DNA of 64,000 nucleotides. Source: Minisyncoccota bacterium. Lineage in GTDB: Bacteria > Patescibacteriota > Minisyncoccia > UBA6257 > 2-01-FULL-56-20. The DNA is taken from positions 11,853 through 75,852 of the forward strand of contig DATJLR010000003.1 of NCBI GenBank assembly GCA_035509435.1. The letters are read 5' to 3'. The notes under the pieces are model-generated. The model was not told where the DNA came from. It saw nothing but the letters and a program-made list of their open reading frames with translations, and made no database searches. Below are positions 38,601-47,078 of the stretch, in pieces. Both the position numbers and the translations under genes were made by a program. Every line of letters begins with the position of its first letter. Position 1 is the stretch's first letter.

Positions 38601-39069
38601 AGCGGAGATAGCTCATGCGCGAACCGTCGCCGCGATCCGGCGCCACCGAGACCTCAAGGCCGGGCTGCGGCGTGCTGCTTGCCACCGCGATATCGAACTG
38701 CATCTCAAAATGATTCTGTTTGGTGCCCGGCGAGAACGCTCCGTTCGTGGAGCTCGTTTCGCCGACAGAATCGGTCAGTGGCGACGCAAATATCCAATCA
38801 CCGAAAGAACCGCTCGTGACCGCGTCCGATACCCTGAGCGCCTGCTGGCCAAATCCCGCAGGCGATCCGAAATCGCTCGTGTTGACGATTGCCTCGTCGT
38901 ACGGGCCGGTCGCGCTCCATCCATTCTGGCCATTGACGCTCCCCAGTGAATACGTCGACGTGCTGAACGTGATGGGACCGACCGTGTCCGCATGCGCAAC
39001 GTTTATAACTGCCACCGACACAAAAAGCAAAACCGAACCGACCATCCCAACGGATAGGAATTTTTTCAT
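35674..39069 (-). CDS. large secreted surface protein (beta-sandwich, Ig/FN3-like and cadherin-like domains)
   Basis: Signal peptide, Thr/Ser-rich; WYWQVRAID; two YVTTD...TYY.VAWS..WYPGA..SFTT repeats; C-terminal GEVLGAST. Confidence 0.85.
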   Translation of the reverse strand: MKKFLSVGMVGSVLLFVSVAVINVAHADTVGPITFSTSTYSLGSVNGQNGWSATGPYDEAIVNTSDFGSPAGFGQQALRVSDAVTSGSFGDWIFASPLTDSVGETSSTNGAFSPGTKQNHFEMQFDIAVASSTPQPGLEVSVAPDRGDGSRMSYLRFEDSASGINVFFDDVEGTTNPATFVETQIATNLDRTVPHTIKLTFDAVDGVSNDIVKVYIDGTLVHTGTSWENYYWYDSEASAEQSPRIVKTMIIQARGAAHPADAGYGFLFDNISLTSSEVIPDTIAPVVTVTPAPGSTLSGTTTFTINVTDNNPLDPTKNKNVWVYLYNNGGAQKSKGANVDLSNGTGTFTVDTTLLDNGSSTLDVGKVFDAAGNPSGSGDNYFKNYDIENVPPSPSVPTLISPVNGDIEPTNDFYFTWNPSTETPTSTITYEFHSSMNPAETDGVLTTGLWDSGTLTTSSIHSTGAPDGTWYWQVRAIDASGTMSAWSPVWAMTIDTAPTPALTTCPAGTFPSLVETDTVDSASDVPTVGTNSLANGQQYLLVASGTWDNGGFNFVDPAYASVDSWTTYMQGYNIAPYLLGSNEFKLQLDGQFVNWGSYQPSHAYSYLYTGTGNPINLLVFDGDATAASPAPDASFYGDNTGTLSVDVYACGAPVYVTTDAPTGITMSDAMLNGTNDDYDAAGHSFWVSTSTFSTSTPVIPVGVYSTPDLGAIASGTPFSASLSSLTTDAVVHGQVAGTMPAIQPGVTYYYVAWSDVDGTWYPGAMQSFTTALPTYVTTDPATNVGQFGATVNGTNGSTTAENTSFWWGTTPAGPFDAGQNATEFPATGWSHDSGLGAAGAGGAFSESLSNLAPDTTYYFVAWSEIGGEWYPGAVESFTTLCLNTDDTLSALGVSAGALDPSFDPGTTAYDVILPFNTNTVPTVTATTTDPNATEVITQATSTTGTATVAVTAQDSSTTQDYTVTFSLAPATTSFLNVVVNVDNSASGTATSSDFTVNVLATHPSPTSTFPGSASGTTLTIDPNTPYYVNVSGPSHYNETTNGQCDSVDGVMAGDIGNCVVTETYHADGNSFFSSPFIVIVGSGPFGGHGGEVLGASTTGQDALEQEIAALQQQLLLLLEQYLGTLQGHGSH

Positions 39070-39347
39070 ATTATTTTAATTTTTTCTATTGACAAGCCCT
39101 GACCTTTGGCCGTTTTATCAATAGCGACTAGTTGCGCCGACTTCCGGCACTCGCTGTGATACGTTCATAGTACGAAAACGGCGTCGGCTCTGTCAATAGC
39201 GCAATAGGCCGGATTTCCCGCCTGATTATGCACAGTTTTTTTAATAAAAAGAACACAGATGTTCTAAATTGGCAATGAAATATATCCTATTCCCTATCCG
39301 TACTATATGGGCGAAAGGTCGAGGCAGGTAATAATGCACTCCTTTCC

Positions 39348-39452
39348 ATGGCAGAAAAAACCTGTATGGCGTGCGGCCATCCGCACGAGAACGCCGACGG
39401 TTCGTGCAACTGCGGTTGCGCGGAATTCAAAGACGGTAAGGATAAGAAATAG
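39348..39452 (+). CDS. 34-aa Cys/His-rich microprotein (metallothionein/zinc-knuckle-like)
   Basis: MAEKTCMACGHPHENADGSCNCGCAEFKDGKDKK*; AAAGGTCG leader; palindrome right after the stop. Confidence 0.7.
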   Translation: MAEKTCMACGHPHENADGSCNCGCAEFKDGKDKK

Positions 39453-39454
39453 AT

Positions 39455-39496
39455 CTGAAATAAAAATCCCCGCGCGCGCGGGGATTTTTATTTCAG
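39455..39496. repeat. perfect 42-bp palindrome sharing the CCCCGCGCGCGCGGGG core with 34082-34119
   Basis: CTGAAATAAAAATCCCCGCGC|GCGCGGGGATTTTTATTTCAG. Confidence 0.85.
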
Positions 39497-39511
39497 TGGC
39501 AGCACGGTCCT

Positions 39512-39715
39512 CTAGTGGATGAGGTTCGCGAGATGCAGCAACCACAAAAATATGCCGAGCGGAACAATGAGGAGCGTCCATGCAAGTCCCAACCCGACAG
39601 GCGAATCCCACGTGTACCAGTTGGGCCGTGACCGCAACGCCTTCTGGGTCCACATATCCTCCCAGTATTTTTGGGTATGCTCGCCGATCCTGTCTTCTTT
39701 CTTTTCTTCTTCCAT
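39512..39715 (-). CDS. small single-TM hypothetical protein
   Basis: 67 aa; WDSPVGLG plus a hydrophobic helix. Confidence 0.7.
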   Translation of the reverse strand: MEEEKKEDRIGEHTQKYWEDMWTQKALRSRPNWYTWDSPVGLGLAWTLLIVPLGIFLWLLHLANLIH

Positions 39716-39872
39716 AGCTTTTATAACTTGGTTTTTTGTTCGACCTTTGGATACCCCAAAGGTTGTGTGTGCCGGGCGTGGTCTTGCGGATCGGGGTCAC
39801 TGATCCAAGATTTGAAAAACGCCGCTTACGCCACGGTCTTATTCTATCATAAAAGCCGCGATTTATTCTTCT

Positions 39873-40070
39873 CTACTTCGGCTGCCAGTCGGTGGCCTGG
39901 AGCAGGCCGAACGTGTTGCCTTCGGTGTCGGTCGCTCGGGAGAACCAATCCATACCGACCCCGGGCATCGTCGCTCGTTCTATATCCCAGCCAAGCACGC
40001 TCTCATAGAACTTCTTCGCCCGCTCCGCGTCGTCCGCCTGCACCTCAAAATGTATTGGTCGGTTGTTCAT
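39873..40070 (-). CDS. half-length VOC/glyoxalase-family protein (65 aa)
   Basis: HFEVQADDAERAKKFYESVLGW joined to WF...DTEGNTFGLLQ. Confidence 0.7.
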   Translation of the reverse strand: MNNRPIHFEVQADDAERAKKFYESVLGWDIERATMPGVGMDWFSRATDTEGNTFGLLQATDWQPK

Positions 40071-40130
40071 ATTACTATTATATAAAAAAGGGGCGCTCCA
40101 CAAAGGAACGTCCCTTAACGACCATCCCGC

Positions 40131-40808
40131 CTACCTTCTCTTTGCCTTTTTGGAATATCCCCAATAATGAACGAGTCCCGTGACGATCTCGATCTTGTCG
40201 GTAGGGCTCGAGCGATAGGTAATATCACTGAAGCGGGTCTGTTCAAGCCCCGCGACCGTCACATCGACCCGGATCCCCACTGCGTTCGACCACTTCCAGT
40301 CAAAGCCGGTGCCGGCAAGGATATCTTCCTGGCCGTTCAGCCCCGATCCTCTCTTGCGCGGATCCTGCTTGGATGTCGTGCCGCCGTTCAGCCAGATCGC
40401 TCCCTCGCCAAGCGCCAGATAGGGAAGAAGTCCTATCCGCGATCCGAGGTACCTCGTTCGCAAAGGGACTTTCAGCTTCAGGTTGAAGTCGGTGTCGGTC
40501 ACGGACCACTTGGTCACTCCGGTGGGTTCGATAAGCTTCGACTCCGTCGGCGTGCGAATGTACATCAGGCATCCGGCCGCGCCCCAGATCTCATGGCAAT
40601 ATTCCGCCGCGCGACTGGGACCCGTGCTGTCAAGCCGCTGTATGATGTGCAGGTTTTGATCCGGAAAGAATCCCGGAGCCGGTTTGACATACTGGCCTCC
40701 GCTAAAAAAACCGATGCTGTTGGTCTGCCCGTACGCGGCAGGAGAGGCCCCAATACCGACGATGATCAGGGCCGCGCTGATGCAGTGAAAGATATTTCTG
40801 GAAATCAC
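40131..40808 (-). CDS. outer-membrane beta-barrel-like protein
   Basis: Signal peptide ending AYG-Q; PYLALGEGA and AGTGFDW..SNAVGIRVD strands; final strand TGLVHYW; GTG start after GGAGG. Confidence 0.6.
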   Translation of the reverse strand: MISRNIFHCISAALIIVGIGASPAAYGQTNSIGFFSGGQYVKPAPGFFPDQNLHIIQRLDSTGPSRAAEYCHEIWGAAGCLMYIRTPTESKLIEPTGVTKWSVTDTDFNLKLKVPLRTRYLGSRIGLLPYLALGEGAIWLNGGTTSKQDPRKRGSGLNGQEDILAGTGFDWKWSNAVGIRVDVTVAGLEQTRFSDITYRSSPTDKIEIVTGLVHYWGYSKKAKRR

Positions 40809-40963
40809 AGATCCTCCCCTGGAGATCAAAAAGGGTGTGTACTGCTGCTGTTCTTTTATATCTTTTTTGCCAATTTGTCAAGCCTTCGCGGGAAGCGCGG
40901 TAAGCTTTTCGAACTGACGGGCGAAGCCGTCTGACTGATGGCTTCTATTGCTTTCCCCCGGCG

Positions 40964-41461
40964 CTACCAGCTCGCGTCGTCCCCCGACGGGCCGTAGATC
41001 TTGGGGATCGGAATGTTCTTTTCCCGCATGTACACGGTCATCTGGCCGCGATGGTGGACAAGGTGGCGTATGGTGGAGTCGATGGTATTTTTCTTGGTGT
41101 CGGTGATAAGTACCTTGCCGTTCATCCGCAGGGAAAACTCTTTCATCAGCTTTTCGTCCGATATCTTTTCCAGAGCTTTGCGCGCGGCGGCGAGGCATTC
41201 ATCGAAGTGCTTGGGCAGGTCGGCGGCGGAATTCATCTTGTAGCGTTCATAGGTCGCAAAATCGATGTGATCCCCTGTGGCGACGGACGATATCCATTTA
41301 GGGATCTCCGAGACCGTGATCGCCAAACTTTTGAACGACATGGATTTTCCCGTGGGCTTGTAATCCAGCACGTCGTCCGTGATCCGCTCCAGGCACTTGC
41401 GCGTGGGCTCTGCTTCGGCGTCGAGCTGTTCGAGGTAAATTTGTCCGAGTGGTTGGTCCAT
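40964..41461 (-). CDS. DinB family protein
   Basis: YKPTGKSMS...HLVHHRGQMTVYMR...IPKIYGPS. Confidence 0.92.
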   Translation of the reverse strand: MDQPLGQIYLEQLDAEAEPTRKCLERITDDVLDYKPTGKSMSFKSLAITVSEIPKWISSVATGDHIDFATYERYKMNSAADLPKHFDECLAAARKALEKISDEKLMKEFSLRMNGKVLITDTKKNTIDSTIRHLVHHRGQMTVYMREKNIPIPKIYGPSGDDASW

Positions 41462-41533
41462 GATGTATATAACGTTAGTTTATTTGTGAATTACTACCAA
41501 ACCAGCCCCTCCATTATAACAAGCGCACGGCCA

Positions 41534-42865
41534 TCAATAAAGCCGGCCTGCCCGATGCCGCATGAGCGCAAACGAATCGGCGACCATCGCCGCCGCGCTC
41601 CAGGCCTGTTCCCTGCATGCCGGGTCACGGTAGGGAGGGTGAAATTCCCTGTACCCGTTGTCGTACACGAAAAGCTCTATCGGCGTTTTAAAGTGCTCGA
41701 ACGCCTTAAAGAGCGCCCTGCGCACTTCGGTTGCTTCTGTATGATATCCAAAATGATCGAATCCCTCCGCGACGATGCTCGTGTCGTGCGGCCAGATGCA
41801 GCCATTATGATAGGCATACGAAGAAAAATGCGTTGAGGCGGTGGAAAGAGTGCGGATGCCGGCATTTTTTTCAAAAAGGTCGGGACGCATCAGGCGCTTC
41901 ACTACCGGCGAAACGGAACGGCCGTCCAGAATGCAGTCCCGCACGCCATCTTTGTTTTTTTGCGCCGCCCATAACACATGCCCCATGGATGAACGCACTG
42001 CCACGATCGGCCTGCCCGATCCGTCTATGGCGCTCGCGAGAAAAAATTCTCCGTTCGCCGCTTTTGCGGGAAAACGCTCATTAAAGAGCGCCTTCAACGC
42101 GCTGGCGCGCTGGGCAAGCACGCGGGAAAACTCGGGGTCGCGGCCTTCCAATATCTCCGCCCATGCGCTGAGCGCGGCATATCCGTACGCCTGTACCTCA
42201 AGCGGCGCGACCGGAAGCGGCACCGGGGAACCATCCTCATGGAACAGCGTTTCGGGATGGTCCATCCAGTTCTGCACCGGCAGGCCGCCGTGCTTCCGCT
42301 CCGGGGAGATCTGATAATCAAAGAAGCCATCGCGATTCTTGTCCCCGTAATCCAGCAGCCAGCGAAGGGCGCTTCGAACGGAACCTTCAAACGCCGCGAA
42401 ACCCTCGTTGTCCCTGCTCGCGCGGAAGTAGCGCGCGGCGAGCATCAGATAAAGCGGGGTGCTGTCCAATGAATCGAAGTTCCTCATGGTGCCGTCAGGA
42501 TAGACATACCAGGGCGGCTGGAGCTCCACCGTCAGCAGCTCGTGCCCGTGCTCCCGATAATCGTGAATTATCTTTCCCGGCTCTTCGCCGCTCTCGATGT
42601 TCACCGCCTTTCCCTGCAGGCGCGAGAGGCCCAGAAGGATCTTCCGCGCGAGCGGAAAGAACTGCTGCGTGCCGGCCTCTTCGTCTGCGTCAAGAAGTAT
42701 GAGCGCGGTGATGCACGAATCTCTCCCAAATATGAATCCGAAAAGTTCCTTTCTTGAGGACGCCAAAATGCCATCCGCGGTTTCAAGATCCCGGATGGTA
42801 GCAACGCCACGCGTATGAAAATTGTTAAGTTCTTCTGTATTCATGGCCAAATATGATGCTCCCAC
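41534..42865 (-). CDS. amylo-alpha-1,6-glucosidase (glycogen debranching-like) protein
   Basis: FGRDS, EEPGKIIH, DSTPLY, YHNGCIWPHD and QAWSAA motifs; start may be 42844. Confidence 0.88.
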   Translation of the reverse strand: MGASYLAMNTEELNNFHTRGVATIRDLETADGILASSRKELFGFIFGRDSCITALILLDADEEAGTQQFFPLARKILLGLSRLQGKAVNIESGEEPGKIIHDYREHGHELLTVELQPPWYVYPDGTMRNFDSLDSTPLYLMLAARYFRASRDNEGFAAFEGSVRSALRWLLDYGDKNRDGFFDYQISPERKHGGLPVQNWMDHPETLFHEDGSPVPLPVAPLEVQAYGYAALSAWAEILEGRDPEFSRVLAQRASALKALFNERFPAKAANGEFFLASAIDGSGRPIVAVRSSMGHVLWAAQKNKDGVRDCILDGRSVSPVVKRLMRPDLFEKNAGIRTLSTASTHFSSYAYHNGCIWPHDTSIVAEGFDHFGYHTEATEVRRALFKAFEHFKTPIELFVYDNGYREFHPPYRDPACREQAWSAAAMVADSFALMRHRAGRLY

Positions 42866-42925
42866 AAAAAATAGGGCCCCACAAGTCTTGCCTGCGGGGC
42901 CGGGTATACAAAGAGCGATCCGGGG

Positions 42926-44128
42926 TTACCGGGCCGAAAGCTGTTCCATAACAGGCATTCGTTCAAATGTCCTTTCAAGGATCTGTTCATAGACGGATTC
43001 GTACTCGCTCACCATTCGTTCGACGGTAAAGCGCCTCTCCGCATCGCTTCGGGCCATTATTCTCATTTCCGGAGACCGCAAAACGTCTTCTGCGGCATCC
43101 GCAAACCGGGACACGAGCATTGCCTCGTTTCCGGACGGGTCCACCACCCGTCCAGTAACCCCGTTCCGCACGATCTCCGGTCCCGAGGCCTTATTGCCCA
43201 CGATGACCGGCGTTCCGCACGAAAGGGATTCCACGAGGACGTTCCCGAATGGCTCGAACCACTCGGTGCCGCCCGCTTCCACTCCTAAGGGACATATCGT
43301 AAAACGGGCGCCTCCGTAAAGACGGTTCTTTTGGGCATGCCCGACCTCTCCCACGTATTCGATAAGGTCGGGATATTCCTCGAGAAACGGCTTTACCATT
43401 GTGTCAAAATATTCCTGGGAGCCGAGCGATACGCCACCGGCGATCTTCAGCTTCAGGATGTATCCTCGCTGTGCCAACGCGAGCACCGTTTTGATGGCAA
43501 CCGAGACCCCTTTGGTCGGGGTCATTCGCCCGATACAAAATGCGTATGCGTCGGGATCCGGCTTCCGACGGAACGTGAATTGCCGGACGCCGATGCCGTT
43601 GTGCACATAGCCGAACCATCGTCGCCACGGAAGCGCCCGTTGCTGGGATCTGCTTACCGTAACGATGGGTGCATCCGGATATTTCAGGCATATGGCCCGA
43701 TCCGGCGTGGACACTGTCAGTGGATAGAGGCACGTGTGGAGCGTCGTCACGAGGTTATCGAGACGCCACCCCCCTTCGCGTATGATCCATGCATCATGCG
43801 CATGGATGATGTCGAAGTGTCCTGCTGCGCATCTCTGGACCGTGCACCGGGCGATGCATGCCCGGGTTTTGTCGGTGACGAACGGCCAGTTCGGATAGGG
43901 CCGAAAAGGTCGTTCACGAAGGGCCACGGGGACAGTGGAGTGCAACGTCGTGCCATGGCTCACCTTTGAGTCCCCTGACGCAAAAAGGTGCACGTCATGC
44001 CCTTTTCTTGCGAGAGTGCTCATTATTGATGACACAACAGTGCCGATACCGTCCGCATGCTCTCCGCCGGTTATGGCAAGAGGGACATCCGGCGGCACAA
44101 CAAAAGCGATTCGCATTCCCATCTCCAT
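42926..44128 (-). CDS. glycosyltransferase family 4
   Basis: GHDVHLFASGDS, GRMTPTKG and EPFGNVLVESLSCGTPV motifs. Confidence 0.9.
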   Translation of the reverse strand: MEMGMRIAFVVPPDVPLAITGGEHADGIGTVVSSIMSTLARKGHDVHLFASGDSKVSHGTTLHSTVPVALRERPFRPYPNWPFVTDKTRACIARCTVQRCAAGHFDIIHAHDAWIIREGGWRLDNLVTTLHTCLYPLTVSTPDRAICLKYPDAPIVTVSRSQQRALPWRRWFGYVHNGIGVRQFTFRRKPDPDAYAFCIGRMTPTKGVSVAIKTVLALAQRGYILKLKIAGGVSLGSQEYFDTMVKPFLEEYPDLIEYVGEVGHAQKNRLYGGARFTICPLGVEAGGTEWFEPFGNVLVESLSCGTPVIVGNKASGPEIVRNGVTGRVVDPSGNEAMLVSRFADAAEDVLRSPEMRIMARSDAERRFTVERMVSEYESVYEQILERTFERMPVMEQLSAR

Positions 44129-44296
44129 TCCTTTCCCTTCTCCCGTACTTCCCGGAAATCAGGGACCTACCTGTCTGCAGAGCGATCCGTTCAGTTGCAA
44201 GACGGGTGCCTAGAGGACCGGAAAGACCGGCGTGATCCGCTAAGCACTCGTCTCACGGCATGAACACTCGCATATACGTATCACGATGCGATTTCG

Positions 44297-45661
44297 TTAA
44301 AGCTGTTTCTCCAGAGCCGCAACTTGCGCTTCCAAGGCCTGGATTTCGGCGGCTAAATCTGGCGTAGAAGCTCCCGCGGAGACGGTTGAAGTAGTATTTC
44401 CCTCCAAGCTATTAAGGACGTTCCTCGTTTTCGGCCCTACAAGGCCCCACCCAGCCCCGCCGGTGCAGACGATATCCTCTGTGCATTGAAATTGCTGGAC
44501 AGCGGCAAGCGTAAGGCTCCCGAAGAATCCCGTCTCATATTGTGGCGAAAGGTATCCCTGCGCCGCAAGCACCGATTGCAGTGCCTGCACCTGATCGCTT
44601 CGCAATCCGTCGTACAGCGATTGCGTGAAAAGAGTGCTCAAGGCGGTAAGCGGAACAGATGTGGCGTTCGGCGCGGTCGCCAATGTCGGCGTCGGCACCG
44701 GCACCGGCACCGAAACGCTCGGGGCATAATCATCCTGCAGCGTTATCGCAGGCGATCCCGATGACAAGGCGGAAATATTTCCCGCGTTGTCATACGCGTC
44801 CATCTGGTAAACATACGGCGTGCCGGTCGCGAGTCCGGATTCCACGTACGGCGAACTGCTTACCGTCGCGATCTGCGTTCCATCTTGATAGATATCGTAT
44901 CCCGCCACACCGACGCCATCCGTCGAGCGTGCCCACGAAAGCGTTATTCCATCCGGCGCCGTTTGGGCCACCGATATGCCCGCGGGCACGGAAGGAGGGG
45001 TCATATACAGGCCGACCGTGATATCAAGCGTAGCCGATATCGGTGACGCGTCGAATGCTTCATCGTAGGCCGTCACGGTATAGCTATAATTCCCCGGCAA
45101 TAAGCTGTCGGTCATTGCATTGGCGGTGTATAACGACGAGGTCGAATTGACCGGTGTCCCGTTCCGCTGGACGACATATCCGGCCACGCCGAAAACGCCG
45201 GCCGAAGGGTTCCAGGAAATCGTGACCGATGCCGGCACGCTATAGCTATTCGTGTACAAGGTCCCTGTTGCCGCGAGGCCGGTCGGGGCTGACGGCGGAG
45301 GAACGGTGGAATATATGAGGACCGCCTGAGAAGCGGTTTCGCCCGGCGACAAAATCCCGTTTATGTCATACGCACCGACGCTATAGGTATAAAGGCCCGG
45401 AGCAAGGCCGGAGTCGACGTATGAATTTCCCGTCGTGGTCGCAACTTCCCGGCTGTTACGGTAGACCGTGTATCCCGCGATCTCCCCCGAGCTTTCCACG
45501 GAAGCGTCCCAGGTGAGAGTGACCTCCGAGATCCCGGTGGTCGTCGCGACAAAGTTTTGCGGAACGGAAGGGATCGTCACCCCCGCTGTCTGCGCATGGA
45601 CAGAAATGGAAAAAAACATGATGCCCGCACCCGCGAAGACAAGAAGGAGAAGCTTCTTCAT
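44297..45661 (-). CDS. secreted FN3-repeat protein with a peptidoglycan-binding domain
   Basis: Three W..S...VAGY.VY...Y.V.AYD FN3-like repeats; VQALQ..L...GFFGSLT..AVQQFQ...VGPKTR. Confidence 0.87.
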   Translation of the reverse strand: MKKLLLLVFAGAGIMFFSISVHAQTAGVTIPSVPQNFVATTTGISEVTLTWDASVESSGEIAGYTVYRNSREVATTTGNSYVDSGLAPGLYTYSVGAYDINGILSPGETASQAVLIYSTVPPPSAPTGLAATGTLYTNSYSVPASVTISWNPSAGVFGVAGYVVQRNGTPVNSTSSLYTANAMTDSLLPGNYSYTVTAYDEAFDASPISATLDITVGLYMTPPSVPAGISVAQTAPDGITLSWARSTDGVGVAGYDIYQDGTQIATVSSSPYVESGLATGTPYVYQMDAYDNAGNISALSSGSPAITLQDDYAPSVSVPVPVPTPTLATAPNATSVPLTALSTLFTQSLYDGLRSDQVQALQSVLAAQGYLSPQYETGFFGSLTLAAVQQFQCTEDIVCTGGAGWGLVGPKTRNVLNSLEGNTTSTVSAGASTPDLAAEIQALEAQVAALEKQL

Positions 45662-45677
45662 TGTTTTGTTATTATAA

Positions 45678-46811
45678 TCATATCATATCGCTCCCCTTCG
45701 CATCCTTCGCCCTCATTTTTTTGCCGATCTTCTTATCGGGCGCCATCTCCACCCGCGTCCGCGGCAGGCTCTCCGGATAGTGCGCCTGCAGGAACGTGAT
45801 CAGGCCCTCGCGCACCGCGCACCGCAGGTCCCATGCCGCCGAGGATGACGCGGCGCTTACGAGCGCGCGCAGTTCCACCGTCCGGTCGGTCGCGTCGGTC
45901 ACCTGGATAAGCTGGACACGATGATCCCAGAGCGGCGACCCGTTCACGATCCGCTTCAGTTCCTCACGCAGCGGATCGACCGGGACGGTGTAGTCCGTGT
46001 AGATGAATACCGTGCCAAGCAGCTGCGCGCTCGTGCGCGTCCAGTTCTCGAACGGCGTATTGATGAAATAGCTTATTGGAAGCACCAGCCGCCGCTCGTC
46101 CCAGATCTTGACCACTACATACGTGAGCATGATCTCCTCGATCCTCCCCCAGTCCCCTTCGACGACCACCACATCGTCAAGCCGGATGGGTTGGGCGAAG
46201 GCCACCTGCAATCCCGCGAAAATATTGCCAAGCGACGTTTGCGCGGCAAATCCGAGCACGACGCCCACGATGCCCGCCGACGCAAGCAGTGAAAAGCCGA
46301 ACTGCCGCACCGCCTCGAACGTCATGAGCGCTGCCGCGACGGCGAAAAAAAGGATAGCGACCGACACCACCCGCTGGATCATGCGGACCTGCGTCAGCAC
46401 GTGCCGCGCGCGGAGATTATCGGCGATCGAGATGTCGTAGCGATGCAGCGCGACATCCTTCATTGCCGCCGTCGCCGCGAGCGCGAGCCACGCAATGCCT
46501 ACGATGAACCAGATGTCGAGCGCCTGGCTTATGCCGGACGCAACACCTGCGCTTACGCCCGGAAACGGGCGCGCAAGCTGGAATAGGATGCCTAATATAA
46601 GGAACCGGACCGGCCAGATATGCTTCTTCCACCAGAACATGGCTCCTTCGCGCTCTTTCCTTGGGAATGCCCAGCGCAAAATAAGAGAAACGATCCACGG
46701 AATGATGACCACCCCAAGCAGAATGTCCGCCACGCCAAGAATGATCCCGGTGACCGCCACTCCCTGCGGCACACCGTAGGATATTAAAAATGTATTAAGT
46801 TGTTGGAACAT
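45678..46811 (-). CDS. mscS: small-conductance mechanosensitive channel
   Basis: GFAAQ..LGNIFAG...PIRLDD...GRIEEI...FENW. Confidence 0.92.
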   Translation of the reverse strand: MFQQLNTFLISYGVPQGVAVTGIILGVADILLGVVIIPWIVSLILRWAFPRKEREGAMFWWKKHIWPVRFLILGILFQLARPFPGVSAGVASGISQALDIWFIVGIAWLALAATAAMKDVALHRYDISIADNLRARHVLTQVRMIQRVVSVAILFFAVAAALMTFEAVRQFGFSLLASAGIVGVVLGFAAQTSLGNIFAGLQVAFAQPIRLDDVVVVEGDWGRIEEIMLTYVVVKIWDERRLVLPISYFINTPFENWTRTSAQLLGTVFIYTDYTVPVDPLREELKRIVNGSPLWDHRVQLIQVTDATDRTVELRALVSAASSSAAWDLRCAVREGLITFLQAHYPESLPRTRVEMAPDKKIGKKMRAKDAKGSDMI

Positions 46812-46874
46812 GTGATCTTATTGTAACGCCGCCCACGGCATGCGTGAAGGGCGCCCGACGACAGTATGCGATCG

Positions 46875-47010
46875 CTAAAACACTCCCGGCACCAGGTGCC
46901 ACCGCACCTTCGCGCAATATTCTTTGTAGCCGGCCAAATTTTGCGCAAGAAATTTTTCCTCGTCATATAACCGCCACACGAGGCCGAGGCTCGCAAAGAT
47001 GTCAGGGATG
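46875..47010 (-). pseudogene. C-terminal remnant of an isoprenylcysteine carboxyl methyltransferase-like gene
   Basis: LVWRLYDEEKFLAQNLAGYKEYCAKVRWHLVPGVF* with no N-terminus. Confidence 0.65.
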
Positions 47011-47078
47011 GATCGATAGCACCGAGAAAGAAAAAGGCGCACCACGTGGATGCGCCTTGCACTCAAACGGCCGCCGGC

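Noticed and set aside
40915-40950. Fluoride riboswitch (CTGATGGCTTCTA resembles its 3' part)
   Set aside because: The 5' GGnGATG...CC half is missing and there is no downstream plus-strand gene.
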